A DNA stretch of 63,277 bases, from NCBI RefSeq assembly GCF_032062105.1, contig NW_026935147.1, forward strand, positions 1 through 63,277. The letters run 5' to 3'. The first letter of the stretch is position 1, and every line of letters begins with the position of its first letter. The DNA comes from Saccostrea cucullata. Lineage: Eukaryota. Below the pieces are notes generated by a model. The model searched no databases. It had not been told where the DNA came from and was given only the letters and a program-made list of their open reading frames with translations. A program made the position numbers and the translations under genes. Shown here in pieces: positions 25,701-36,660 of the stretch.

Positions 25701-28700
25701 CCAAGACTCTGGGAGGTGCAGAAGTCCAGGAAGAAAATAAAATATTTAGAATAATAATCACACATCCATGACTCTGGGAGGTGCAGAAGGCAAGGAAGAA
25801 AATAAAATTAAAATAGTTTTGTGTACAGTGTCACAATATTTACATGGTATTCAACTTTGACCCTGTGTGGTGCAGTGGTCCAATAATGAACCCATGTTAC
25901 ATCATAGTTCAAATGATGTATGCCGCTCAGTTCGCCACAAGACCCCAGTCGTATAGGCTTGAACAAAGCATCTACGAATGGGGGCGCCGCCACTTTACTA
26001 GTGGGGGTCCTGAGCGGCCTGAAACAGCCGTGACCCTTCGTCTCCAGATTTCAGTCATTACTGTGATGAATAAAACTTGCATCCATGCCTACTAATTGGC
26101 CTAAATACCCCCTGAATTGTTTTAAGAAAAGTATATTTTCTTAACTTGGATAAATGTACCCCATCCCTTTTAAATAATTTTGGCATGTTTTTTGATGCCA
26201 GGATAGTGGATTACAGAATCCCCATCATCACAAACTTTGTTAAAGAAAAATGCATTAAAACCCTTTCTAGTATTCTCCATGGCCATATTATATGCAGAAT
26301 AATGCCAATTAATGCGAGCAGAATATGAGCCCATATTAAGTGCACAAGAGGAAATTGGATCTTTAATAAATTACAAGAATTAAACCTGAATTTCTTTAAT
26401 TTTCTCAATGTTGTTTTCCCAATATCATCTCTTTAAATTATATACCACTGCAAGCTTGCCACCAAATTGAAATATCTAATCTTTACAAATTTAAGTCACA
26501 CCGACCAGGCATATTCTTAACTTCTGCATAAGCTCTTTTTTAATTTCTGTAATTGATTACCCAAATAACTATATATATAACTTGAGGTTAATTAAAATCC
26601 TGGAATACGTTTGTAAGTTTTATAGCAATCCAATTTCCATCTTCCTAAGGATTGGATAACTTGAGATGAACTTGATATAAAACCCCAAATTCCGTACTTG
26701 CCCCAATACGAAAGAAGTGGGATTTGTAGTCCCAAGACTCGAGGATGAAGACCTGAAAGGAGCTACGGAAATAATGACAAATTAATTGAACCCCTGGGTA
26801 GTGGGTAGGTCTAATTTCTAAAACCTTTGAAGATTAGCGCAGGGCAAGTTAAAATTTCTGTATTGGCAACAACTTTATCTGAGGATTTGTACGAGAAAGT
26901 TATAATATTCAATAGAAAATGCAGCTGAAAGCAATTAATGATGTCTCATATGAATTTGTACATATGCAGGGTAGAATTTTAAGAATCTGCTTTAATATGG
27001 ATCTTTTAATGGGGAACCTACTGTCAAAGCTGTGAGCTGTGCTTTTTAACCCCTGTAACAACTTTTAACCATGAACTCTTCTGTTAGGTCTCTATGACCT
27101 TGAAGTTTGCAATTATAAGAAACAGAAGCTAAGTTAGGACGAACTGTCGAAAACCCCAGGCTTTTGATTAACCAGTGTGTAACAAATCTAATAATCAAAT
27201 AACAAGGGGGGCAAATACTATTTAATCCTTGTTGCAAGCAGCAGCTCAAGTATGCTCTTACGCCTAATTAATAAGCCTTGCTGTTTTCAGTAAATGCTGC
27301 CCTTAACAACTTGTTTAATTTATGCTAGATATAAGGTTCTGCAATTCGATTAGTACACTACTGGTTGCGGTGATGTATGTGGTGCAACCTGCAAGAAACG
27401 GTGCCACAGCTGCTGAGGAGAAATTGAATCGGCAACAATGTTATTAATTAGTACGCACGTGAATTGCACGAAAAAATATATTGTTTGAAATGCAGTTTAA
27501 CACAGATGAACGAATTAATTTCATAACTCTATTAGATTTGAGGACTGTTTATTCAAAACCGTAACCATTGCCCCATTATCTATATAAAACTGTATTTTCC
27601 TATTTGCAAGCTGACTACCACTTAAACCGACAGCCAAAACTACTGGGATAAGGTTTAATATTGTCATGTCATGCAATATATCTGAATTACTGTAGTCACC
27701 CATTCACGTGGCTAAGGGACTGTTTATTCAAAACCGTAACCATTGCCCCATTATCTATATAAAACTGTATTTTCCTATTTGCAAGCTGACTACCACTTAA
27801 ACCGACAGCCAAAACTACTGGGATAAGGTTTAATATTGTCATGTCATGCAATATATCTGAATTACTGTAGTCACCCATTCACGTGGCTAAGGGAAATAGC
27901 ACCACTGCCCTCAAAAGTATGCTCCACAACCCAGATGTGCAAAAACGGCACTATCTGTATACAGATCTAAAATAATTAAATTCAATTGACGACCAATCAC
28001 TTTCTTGGAAATAAACTTGACCATTAAATTGTGCTAGGAAACTTACGCATATATCTTAAATTGCTTCGTTTCATTGTTTAACATAATATGATGGTGAGGC
28101 TTAGACACCCCCGGGTTGAATCATACAAGCTCCTAACAAATTTGTAAGAAAAATTGAGCTTCCGTAACAATGACTATAACTGCCGTAGAACTAATAATTA
28201 ATGTTCCTACGGAATGGACGTCAATTTGATACATTTTCCAAGAGGTATTCTGATCAGCATTTGCATTTTTCAATTTCTCAGCCTGCAAGACAGCGAGTGT
28301 GATAAACCGTTTTGTCATCAGTTAAGGGGAACCCCCAGTTGAATACAAACCCCTTGTAACGTTTGCATTAATTTAAAAATGACTCCCTTTCCTCCCCTGC
28401 AAGTATGAAATCATCTAAGTAATATATATATATATATATACCCTCAACTTTGAATCCTAAAAGGTCAAAATCCCCAGGGAACGTATGTAGAAGCCTAAAT
28501 GCTGATTTAATATCCACTTTTACAAAAATATGCACCTTCACCAACCTTTTTATGACTAACAAAGGATGTATTATGACTGTGGACTTACTATGGTTTATAC
28601 AGTGATTTTCACTGCTGTCTGCAGGATATGAAAGGTGCGTTATCAATCGCCATCCCGAGCTATCTTTCTTTGGCACCACTCCCACTGGAGACACTCTGAG

Positions 28701-31700
28701 GTAACATTTGAGAAACACCCCCCCCCTCTTAATTCAACTTCTTTGTTATTATTATTTCATCATTATTATTATCCCTGTATTGATAAGCTGAAATTAAATG
28801 GTTACTTATTATTTATTTATTTATTTATTTTTTATATGTAACATTGGACTTGAGTTATAAAGTCTGAACCCCTGAGCAAAACCATGCACTCAACAATTTG
28901 TTGCTACAGGTTTGTTTAGATAACGATCAGCTTCGGATCAAGGTCACTCTTTATATAGGAATTCTAATTGGTATGTTTCCTACAGCCAAAATATTTTTAG
29001 CCATTCTCCTTGTATTTTTGGGTGTGGGACTGAAGTTTTTTGTTAGTAGTTTGGTGGAGCTTGATGTCTTGTATATGGATTTCTACATTGTAAACTCAAA
29101 TTATTGTGGTTGCATGGGCTGGGTTCGAAAGGAGTATAGGTGCGTTCGAATGAGCTACTCACTGGTATGTTATTTAGCTGGGCTCTTAATTTGACAATTG
29201 CATTGTATGACTGGGTGCATAGTGCGCATGTACTAACACAGATTTGACTGCAGGACCCCTTAAAATTGAAATCAATGCACCTTTTTGTTTGAGAGCGCGC
29301 GTTAAGTCTTGAGAAATTCCAGCCAATAATAACTAGGATTTATGTATAACAACCACAGTTCTAAATCAACTAAGGCCCAAGAACTATAGGGGGGATCTAT
29401 ATTTTTCCGAAGATGATACTGCGTGTCATATTCAAACCCCAAGCGAACTGTATGGACAAACATAGGATATCTATTACTTTATGTGGATGGGCAGATATGT
29501 AAATAGATGCAAACATGAGCATGATATCCGTCCATTTTTCAATTGGAAATATTTTTTGAGACATTTTCCTTTGTTGCAATTTCCTCTGTGCACTTAGGGT
29601 TAGTTTTTTAATCACCCCCCCCCCTCCCCCCTGTTTGAGTGGAAGCAGAGACTGTAATTCTACAAGCTGGAAACCTGTAGACACCAGTTTGAAAGTTGGT
29701 GTTATCATAAGTGATATAAAGTAACAGTTTACTGTTTGTAAGAAATAGTAATATGCTTACCTGTATTGTTCTTATTAATTTATGCATTTTTATTTAAGTT
29801 AAATAAATAGTCATCAGTTACAAAGAAATGAAGCTGAGCAGAGTCAAATAATCATAGATTCGCATGAAATAGAGTTATCAAATTATTATCAATTAGGCCT
29901 ACATGATATAATTCGATTACTTTAAATTTTTTACACTTAGGACAAAGATGGTGGCTAGCACATGGTGATGCAAATGGCCATATTGAAATGCATCTGACCT
30001 GATCTAAAACCTTTGTTATCGAATTGATACGTAAACAATACGAATTCATAAAAATAGTAATAGCAATTAAACTTTTAAGGCAAGAATCTATTTCTAAAAT
30101 CTACATTTAGCCATTGTTTTCTCAAATTTGATTAATACCAACCTTGCAACTAGCGTGTAATCGGCAAAGAGAGAGTTTGCAGCACGAGCATCCTTCTTTA
30201 TATAATTGAAAGTTAGATAACTCGTGCCGAAACAAGGAGAGATAACTGCGACAAAAAATATTGCGCTGCCAAGATAAAAGCATCTTATTCGCATATGGGC
30301 GAGATAGATGCAATATTGTGTAAGTGACTTGTACCAGAGGACCAATGAGAGAAAAGCTTGTTGACAGTTAGCACCGCCCACTTCATCCTGGTCCGGAGTC
30401 TGTAAAAATGCCTTTCTCCATCTGAACAATTGTATTTTGGTAGCTTATTTGTCGATCAAAAAAATTCGGAATAATTGATTATTATTGGGTACGTGTGATG
30501 ATGTTGCAAGCAGAGGGCTTGTTTTTTATACCCCCGCTTGAAAAGCGCGAGGATATATAGTAATCGTTAATTCCGTCCGTCCGTCCATCTGTTACGCTTT
30601 GGGGTACCCACACCATCTCTTATCCGCAACTCCTCTCATACCACTGAATGAAATTTGATGAAACTTTGATAGAATCTTTATTACAAATTGCCATTTTGCA
30701 CCTCCTATTTTACTTTTTGATCTGAAATATTTTTGGGGTTTTCCGGCCACAGCAAACATGGACTTTGCCATTATAACCATATGGAGGCTGGCGGTATCAT
30801 TTAGTGAGCTCATCGCTTACAGTACCTCTAGTTTTGTCAGGAACAGAGGTAGCGATCGTAAACTATTTTATTTCAGGCTGTTATTCCTTTTGAAAATCGA
30901 TCTTATTTGTTTAATATTAATTTTTTTTGGGGGGGGCTTCAATGTAAAAGATCGCCGATTTGAACTTCTTCATTTATAGCGATCAATACACAAAAACAGT
31001 GAAATGATTTCTGACATTTTAATGAAAGCTTAAATGGCACTGCAAGTAAAAAAAAACGGGGGACCTTTATTGTGAAATTTCTATTTGAAGACAAGAATAA
31101 GAATTAAGACAATTAGAGATGGAACGTAACAGGATACGCTTAGTAAAAATACGGAGCGAATATCGACAAATTAACGTAAAGTATTCCTGAAATTGAAAAT
31201 GTTAAATAAACTCATTTATCAGCTATTGCGAAGGTTTTGAAATTAGCATAATTTATTCAGATGGAATGGTGACTTCAGGTATTGAATAGAAGAATAGCCA
31301 CTTGCAAGCTTGATAAAAAAATATTGTAGTTTTTTTTATTGAAACAAGATCATACTCTTTAACTGACACATCATCATTCGAATATTCTGTTTTTGTACCA
31401 TAGGACTGATGGTAAATTAAGGTAAGTCACTCCTCAGCTTTTTAGAAAAGTTCACGCAGAAGCTTTTACTTCAAAACTACTTATCAAAATTCAATTTTTA
31501 TAACATATTTATATTCAACAATGTAAATTTTTTAACATTCAATGAAAAAACTGCTCAAAAATCAACAAAGAAGCAAGATTTATGAGGGACTATTTATTTT
31601 GGTGGAAGGATATTTAGCAGAAAATTCTGCAAATCTGCACATTTATAAAATTTAATGTAATGGAAATTTAGCCTCACATACTTTTACTTGGAGAATATTT

Positions 31701-34368
31701 TCGGTTTTTATATTGCTAAAAATATTTAATATAGGTCTTAATTTATATTTTTAGACTAAGTTTTACACCTTCCCTCAACAAACTTTTCCAAAAAATGAAA
31801 ATATATGAAAGAAGTCAAGGTCAAATTTACACCATTTTTAGCCTGAAAATCACATATTTTGACAAATATTTCAAAATTAACATCACTGACCCCACATTTT
31901 TCTTTCATTATTTTAAACTACTCGATACTAGTGACTGATCAGCACTCAAGTCGTAAAAAGTTTGATATAAGAAAATTTTTTATTGCCTTTTAAGTTTTTT
32001 AATACCCCAAATATGTTATTTTTTAGTGCAAAAAGGTCAAACAATAATTTACGCGCATTAATTTGCAAGATTTATTTAATGTTAAATATTATTCAAACTA
32101 TTTTACGTAAAATAAGATTATATTTATTGCCATGCTTACATCTAATCAAATATAATAAGGGTTAAAGTAATTAACCAAAGAGATGAAATTTAAGTGCAAA
32201 AAGGTCAACTTAAATGTACCGTAGATCAGTAGGATGCACACTGACCCCCTATTTTCTTTGTGATTTTGAGTTACACTTTATGAGTACTTATCCAAAATAT
32301 ACTTCTCAAAAAATCCTTGATATAACAAATTTCAGGAGTGACTTACCTTAAGATTTTACTTTGATGTTGCTGATGTACCTTGACTGATGACCCTTGTGGA
32401 GAAGGAATTGCATTGTGTTGCTATATATTGTTTTACGGTAATGTGTAAAAAGGAATAACTCGTCCTNNNNNNNNNNNNNNNNNNNNNNNNNNNNNNNNNN
32501 NNNNNNNNNNNNNNNNNNNNNNNNNNNNNNNNNNNNNNNNNNNNNNNNNNNNNNNNNNNNNNNNNNNNNNNNNNNNNNNNNNNNNNNNNNNNNNNNNNNN
32601 NNNNNNNNNNNNNNNNTACGCTTTATAAGAAGCGTTAATTGTTCCAACCCAGTTTATATCGTATAAAATGGGTAGCTATTATATTCATTGCTTATAATTT
32701 AATTTTCATTTATTTGATGTAAGAAAAAAAGATCATAATTGTTCTTACAAAATGACTTCATTTGTACAAAATTTGAATGTAACGTCAGGCGGATTGATAC
32801 GTTTTTGACGCAAGTCATTGTGACGTAGGCAACCCATTTATACGAAATAAAGTAAATTTTTTATCCAATCAAATACAGCGTTACAGCCAGAATTAAATTA
32901 TTTAAATTTCACTCAGTATTAGAATAGGAGTTGCGGATATATAAGAGATAAAGCGTAACAGACGGACGGACGGAAATACCGATTACTATACACCCTCCCA
33001 CTTTTCAAGCGTGTGGTATAATAATGTTTCGTTGAGTAATTTAAATTCTCTAAATTGTTACATAAGTAAGGAAGTCGAAAGTAAAAAAAAAAATAATAAA
33101 GCCATCACAGCACCCATAGCATTCAGATGTTAGTTTGATATCATTTTCTAAAAACCTTCAAAATAAAAAAAAATAGATATGACAGATTCTGTTGTGTCTT
33201 GCATGTCGAATCTGGTATATAATATATAGATTTAAGTATGGGATTTCCATCTTGCTGTGACGTCATAGGTTTTTGCAGAAACTGTTATTAATTCAGATTT
33301 ATTCCCAATAAATCAGTTTGTTTTGGAAGAATGCTTTTCTATAGGTGCAATGAAAAATCTTCAAAAAATGTTTCCAAGGGCAATAACTCTTCCTCCTGTA
33401 TCTTCATTTTGGCATTTTCCTTATTGAACTTCTAATGTAATTTATTTTTCCTGATATTCACACTTCAAAAATAGCTGATAAGTAGCAGATATTTAGGAAC
33501 TTTCAACATCGGAATTATACATTTGAAAAATGTCTTAAATACAATTTTTATAATTCTGTTTACAAAAAAACATATTTTCTTCTCCTTAGATCAGATTGAA
33601 TTTCGTAGTAAATATTCTCTTAGAAACAGGACATCCTCATTATTAATGCCTTTAGACATAAATGAAATTCTTTGGTAAAGCATATTTTAATGTCTGCACA
33701 TCACATTACACGCGACATGTAATATCTACAGCAAAACTCGGTTATAACAAAGTCACTGGGACCTGTAAAATTACTTTGTTATATCCATAATTCGTTATAA
33801 TCGTTTAAGAAAGTCATTAAATTTATATAGCTGGGGATCCAAGATGACTTCGCTATATCCATGCATACATTCGCTATATCCGTGTTCGTACTAAACTAGT
33901 TTAGCTGTATTAATTCTTTCTATCCAATTTCAAATACATATTTATATTTAATAAAACATATTGAAAGTGTTGAATTTTATTTTGTCACAGAAAAACAAAA
34001 CCTTGTCAAACTGGTGTAAATTGGGAGTGGTGTTTCTTATTATTATTGGTATGTCTGTTTTGATCGCTCTAGCTTCTGTAACCAACAGAGAAACAAGGCA
34101 GATCACAACCATAACAGGTGATATGCCACAGAAATCTACCTTTGAACAAGAAAAACAAGGTACTTAAATTGTATGTACAATATTTCAACCTGTTTCGCCA
34201 TCTTTTGACCCTATTTGAAACGACGTGTAATCATTTTTCCTAGCTCTTTTTTCCCATATAAAAAAGCATTTTAATTGTTACTATTTTAAAATTGTTATTT
34301 TTTTTCCTATTAGACTGCTGTAAGAAAAATACTGGAAATGTTGAAAGCCAAATTCTTAAAAACGACAG
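4792..34368 (+). CDS. Partial host gene, putative type II membrane protein; exons 4792-4830, 23375-23455, 25446-25496, 33991-34159, 34314-34368
   Basis: Each exon has a pyrimidine-rich AG acceptor and GT donor; phases are compatible and give an open frame NNSSFLYKAVELN-TRRNFQPEGSQRSNSSQGSQKSDDSES-EDGPLHPSNSTCASMLQ-KNKTLSNWCKLGVVFLIIIGMSVLIALASV...-DCCKK with one hydrophobic TM segment. Confidence 0.5.
5105..5313. mobile_element. MITE with TA-flanked inverted ends
   Basis: TACTGTGTACACGGG ... CCCTGTATACAGTA; internal GCGAATTTAAAACGG repeats. Confidence 0.55.
5797..7041 (+). pseudogene. DIRS1 ORF1/gag-like protein with in-frame TGA at 6523-6525
   Basis: ORFs 5782-6525 and 6604-7041 are in the same frame; RILDATGPL..IGNA..RR..LFG motifs typical of DIRS gag; TPIRGT repeats. 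Confidence 0.8.
5922..6050 (+). repeat. ~6 copies of ACGCCAATHMRGGGCA minisatellite encoding TPI(R/Q)G(T/N)
   Basis: Visible in DNA and in the translation. Confidence 0.85.
7044..9130 (+). CDS. DIRS1 RT-RNase H-methyltransferase-like polyprotein; 1-nt frameshift in G-run near 7385
   Basis: VGGRLKYF, SPIFLVEKK|QRPVINLK, KIDLKDAY, LPFG, FLDD, TDAS..GWG, HINVLEL, DLFA...YAFPPF. Confidence 0.92.
7573..9951 (+). CDS. DIRS1 tyrosine recombinase ORF (core ~8980-9951) overlapping the RT ORF
   Basis: SAWKKW, RSALS, KRVSEI, HSARSAS, ADWS..TFYKFY catalytic motifs. Confidence 0.92.
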   Translation: MGRESVSIPLSSIWDNSSPLGFHQINESSHELPSKVRGEISDFPGRYSDHESDQGGGIDRWRESSQFTRKFRVSDKFQEIKFSPFPSSRISGIQDRLQYNDTLLTIREDKEDKNNLSRGFQFKSCFSKEIVRSDRKSHSKHSSSIPSPVTLSPSTNGKEPNFQSISRLQCSSLLNSRSPERSTLVDSPFKRHKWEEYCNESAISSYTDRCKQSRLGGNLQKCQNRGCKVTKRDSLSHKCSRAFSNNACSKGIFETRNKHGCSYSNRQQNSDDLHQQNGWNSIQDVQSVSIRSLGMVSEKEYLNESRIHSGKGKCHSRLGVQTSQGLKQLGVRSIHISNSNEQNNRLQSRSVCRQNQCKTRQVHQLDARSRSNGTQCTVASLGGNKGVCISPVLSHFSMSEQDSEGKSNDSPSNPSMVSPTMVCNDSEDVHSGSHSPPNNSQSPNVRQGRTSPTSEKQLTPVSRMGCLRRSMQTMHLSQETEDLICNSWGKGTTSSYNSAWKKWVSWCVRREVDPFSAPISFVLDFLSYLYYEEFQYRTINVHRSALSSVMPHVNNLPIGQHSMVKLLMRGILRGNPPLPRYKETWDVDKVLNYFISLPSNEELSLKLLSKKLAMLLAIAAPKRVSEIARLDKGFLQVIPSGVKFLLPGLSKTQRDCRSKEVFYARFPDHKNLCVVECLLEYLHRTKTFRTRNEHSGDPILRSVIKPHKGLTANTVSNWIRDVMAMAGIDTAKFKPHSARSASTSKAFKKGTSVNEVLEMADWSHAGTFYKFYCRSTCLDKSDGFSKAVLTLG
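9967..10083. repeat. DIRS internal complementary region (ICR)
   Basis: Reverse complement of the 5' end + AATT (10002-10005) + reverse complement of the 3' end. Confidence 0.93.
10111..15316 (+). mobile_element. Zator DNA transposon
   Basis: TIR GGCCTAAATTAAAATATTGTTTGTTT(G/T)CCCTTAGCCGACC at both ends; 3-bp TSD TTG (10108-10110, 15317-15319); Zator/TP36-like transposase. Confidence 0.88.
10517..14600 (+). CDS. Zator transposase, multi-exon (about 10517-10862, 11010-11205, 11528-13526, 13639-13892, 14060-14229, 14365-14600); frameshift near 12880
   Basis: VDDKSKV..GEPG, LDHD, SDGGPDHR, RTAPGHSWLNPAERIMSILN; C-terminal CxxC motifs; GT-AG boundaries. Confidence 0.82.
15912..16529 (+). CDS. 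SGNH/GDSL-like hydrolase of the Ngaro element
   Basis: Blocks IIGHSF, GGLR, GENDI, DGVH; intact frame; inside Ngaro termini. Confidence 0.88.
   Translation: MDHNMDDVKRLSVCIIGHSFVSRLQRYMDSNSSLMNLNLDSDNFNVRVCARGGLRVSQLKDFIKFKNKPHVCFIQIGENDILRYEMEKLSTDILSIASYLHEGMDIPVVIVGQLLRRQPWASSGDFNAKIVAANNFLKAGCSDLEGVHFWHHRGFWSDLNFHCHDGVHLQCPGSPVHVVSSSPMHRYWCSIRSAILHFKAFLRPV
16630..17370 (+). repeat. Array of ~11 hairpins with GGACCATA loop, ~80-bp period
   Basis: ATGYG-GGACCATA-CRCAT at about 16630, 16667, 16773, 16846, 16880, 16957, 17039, 17108, 17188, 17268, 17351. Confidence 0.85.
17831..18855 (+). CDS. Ngaro gag-like protein with C-terminal zinc finger; frameshift near 18418
   Basis: KIWNNEYIDLKSLL, TDAFLIF (alternate frame), YDEQFR..PW, CFQFNRGERC...CPYKHICIRCKSNHPKSKC. 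Confidence 0.85.
18810..20396 (+). CDS. Ngaro RT-RNase H; frameshift at T-run ~19930
   Basis: LPTPI, SPLGVVPK, FRVIHDLSFP, KTDIQDAFR, LPMG, MLDDF; YTDASG, KELFPI, SDN, ADKLSR. Confidence 0.9.
20393..21301 (+). CDS. Ngaro tyrosine recombinase
   Basis: AFLRLGE, FKT, HSFRIGAAT, LGRWNSDAFRRYIR. Confidence 0.94.
   Translation: MSTVCQRLLASALSPSSAQAYRRTWELLRSWKPTVSLPVSVVDVCNFIGHLFSVNYSPSSIASHISAISYVHKILNMHDPTQAITTRKILKGCQSSVPTKDTRLPITPDILQKILNALAHTVPQYSLRILLRALFLLAFHAFLRLGEVAVKSLHSGKHVLQRADVTFDYVGPTLSAAQIIMREFKTNKQHTPLVLSVQAIQGSSFCPVHALLEYLQYSKHTSGPLFQTMDALPISYAKVTTHLKSAVEFIGLDSNNFKGHSFRIGAATYAASLGYSESLIQKLGRWNSDAFRRYIRINSFRF
21362..21931 (+). other. Five to six bulged stem-loops in the Ngaro 3' non-coding region
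   Basis: stem-KT-CAGM-AKWTG-KCTG-stem at 21362, 21422, 21453, 21706, 21905 (variant at ~21843). Confidence 0.8.
22081..23126 (+). repeat. Ngaro B1-A2-B2 terminal repeats
   Basis: B1 22081-22462 and B2 22746-23126 near-identical; A2 22458-22684. Confidence 0.95.
24009..24686. repeat. 67-bp perfect direct repeat (24009-24075, 24620-24686)
   Basis: GACCTTTAAAATATGACAAGG...CCCGAGCGTAAGTAA twice. Confidence 0.85.
25208..25407. repeat. Direct-inverted-direct micro-triplication
   Basis: 25208-25285 forward, 25292-25354 inverted, 25354-25407 forward. Confidence 0.85.
25900..30430 (-). mobile_element. Decayed second Ngaro-like element (gag, RT, RNase H, YR, SGNH remnants)
   Basis: Minus-strand fragments IEKWTD (gag), VSPVGVVPKK..WRLITHLSYP, KVDIKSAFRLL, YLDDF, FYIDN, YKSHFFRIGA, LGRW, KRDGVHLS; many stops; ends not resolved. 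Confidence 0.8.
27542..27891. repeat. 175-bp tandem duplication inside the decayed RNase H
   Basis: Two identical adjacent copies that yield identical ORF-track peptides. Confidence 0.9.
30522..30836 (+). mobile_element. Non-autonomous Helentron/Helitron (HINE-like)
   Basis: TTTTTATACCCCCGC start with short palindrome, (GTCC)n microsatellite, 3' hairpin then CTAGTTTT. Confidence 0.7.
31421..32347. mobile_element. Non-autonomous Kolobok-like DNA transposon
   Basis: TIR GGTAAGTCACTCCT at both ends, TTAA TSD (31417-31420, 32348-32351). Confidence 0.8.
32467..32616. other. Assembly gap (150 N)
   Basis: Run of N. Confidence 1.
33728..33909. mobile_element. Tc1/mariner-type MITE
   Basis: TA-CAGCAAAACTCG ... 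AGTTTAGCTG-TA. Confidence 0.55.
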
Positions 34369-36247
34369 GTATCTGGTTAAAATGTATTTTCAATCTAATA
34401 TAATACATATCAAGAGCTTTCAATGTAAATTAAAAATGTCTATTTATAAAACAAAGAATCCTTTGGATTAATGTAGCTATATTGCACAGTATGATATTAT
34501 TCAGCAAATATTAAAATTTGAGCAAAATTTCTATTGTACATTGTTTTGTTTGTGTAATTTGCCCAGAAGTTCGAAAATTAAGCATCTTGCCATGAAACGT
34601 ATAGTAAAGCTACCTATGTTTTTGAGATGGTTCCAAAAATACCCAGATGCTTAGCTTTGCATGAACCCTGAACTCAGTTTAATTTTTTTATATAACTTTT
34701 GAAATACATTGTTCATATAACTCGAATTCCTTGCGATAGGATGGTAGGAATTCTATCGTCATGAAAATTACACGCCCATTATAAAAATTTTGAATATATG
34801 ATTCCAAGAAAAGCACGCAAATCTTCCAATCATATTCAAAATTGATTAATATAAATATTAAGCAAAAAGTACATTTAAAGATATTGCTGTTTATAAACTT
34901 TTTTTGCAAAATTATAACTATTTCTCTCTCAGGTTAAGCTTGAAAGGGGTTTAAAACCAATTTATACATATATAGCAGCAAAACATATTTTAAGTCTATT
35001 TCTTACAACATAACAGGCACAAAATATGCCAAAGTACATATATATAAAATGTCAGGGGAAAAAAGCATCAACGAGTGTTGATGATAAAAATTTTGCGAAC
35101 TAATTTAATAACTTCCATAAAACAATTAATATCAGGTTTCAGTATTCATTACTGTTTAAAGTTGTCCTCTCCGAATTAAGGCATATATGCCACAGTTTTG
35201 CCCATGCGCGAATCACGTGGTCTAGGCAGCCACGTGTCATGCTCCGTTGCATTCTGTTCACAAATTAAAAGAAATACATAACTGCAAGTCAGTAGGATTG
35301 GTGGATAAGGATATTCTTTCCCAGAAAGAACTTTATGATAACCATAAATCGAGTCCTTTGTCTCAGAAACGTCGTTAGAAAAGACGCCTTCGTTTAAGCA
35401 GTTCTGATATGATTAAAATCTAAAGAAAATGATATTTTAAGGATTTGAATTTAAAAATTAAACTCAAACCATATTGGGGTAAAGTATCTTATAGAATTTA
35501 ACTTTGCCATCTAGGAGAACAGGAACCAGCTGCTAAAATTGATCTTCAACCATAAAGAGGTGCAGGATCCATTCAATATTGTGTTGAGAGAGCCTTTTCA
35601 ATGTTTTTGTTAAATGTATTCAGTAGATGTTCCTGCAACCCCCTCCACCACCCTTGGCCAATGAATTGATAAAACATTGACCTGAAGATACTTCTATTTA
35701 AATATCACTGATCGCGGCTAATCTGTTCTTGAAAAGATTTAAAATATATTTCCTATATATTCCTATAATAAACTTTGTCCCTGTTGTTGCCCTTCCCTAT
35801 CCAAGGGGTCATGTCTGAAACAAACTTAAATCCACACAACCTGAGGATACTTCTATTATAGATGTGTATTACTAACCATGGCTTTTGTTGTTCTCGAGAA
35901 GATATTTTAAAGGTCAAGTACGGAGATTTTTGTAAAATTGGAATAATATACGCATAATTGTCTACCGGTCTCATATGATTTAAATTCCCATAGCTGTTAA
36001 ATTGAAAACCGCCTGGCATGACTTCTGCTGCGCGATTAAAAATTACCTGGGCTATCAATATTTTTTTGGTGACGCGAGTTATCGCCCATAACGAATTACG
36101 TCATCAGAGACAACTTTTGACTGCAGTGACTGAGCGAGAGAAGGACAGATCAGGAGTTTACTGGTTGTTTACAAGTGCTTTTTAAAAATTCTTTCTAGGG
36201 TTATGGTGTAGTGCACATCTTTGAACTGAGTAGTATAAGCAGCCTAG

Positions 36248-36411
36248 ATAGGCGGGTCAACTGAGTGCACTTTTTGGGTTGGGGGGATAGGTGGGTCAAG
36301 GGAGTGCAGCCCCTGGGGGATAGGGGGTTCAACGGAGTGCAGCCCCTGGGAGGGATAGGTGGGTCAAGAGAGTGCAGCCCCTGTGGGGGATAGCCGGGTC
36401 AATTCAGTACA
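36248..36411 (+). promoter_or_regulatory. Five GATAG + GGKTCA-N4-AGTRCA (DR4-like) units at the Polinton terminus
   Basis: Half-sites at 36254, 36293, 36326, 36361, 36396 with five different 4-nt spacers. Confidence 0.5.
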
Positions 36412-36413
36412 TA

Positions 36414-36540
36414 TGTTGCATCATCTTTTTAGATCTATTGCATCATCTTTTTGATACCTGTTGCATCATCTTTTTATATCTGTTGCATCATCTTTTTTAT
36501 ACCTGTTGCATCATCTTATTATACCTGTTGCATCATCTTT
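36414..36540 (-). promoter_or_regulatory. CARE/ATF4-like motif array 1 (6 x GATGATGCAAY)
   Basis: TTGCATCATC every 22-23 bp. Confidence 0.6.
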
Positions 36541-36660
36541 CAAACTGGATTTATTGAAAACAATAATAAATAACACAGATTTTGATTTTTTTTTCAATTT
36601 TTATTTTACAATGAAAAAATACATACATCCAATTACATTTTCTTTTTCTTCTGTCCCTTA

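Noticed and set aside
27542-27891. Two paralogous small genes
   Set aside because: Exact 175-bp tandem duplication within a decayed RNase H; possibly an assembly artefact
32348-32647. 99-aa ORF
   Set aside because: Spans the N gap
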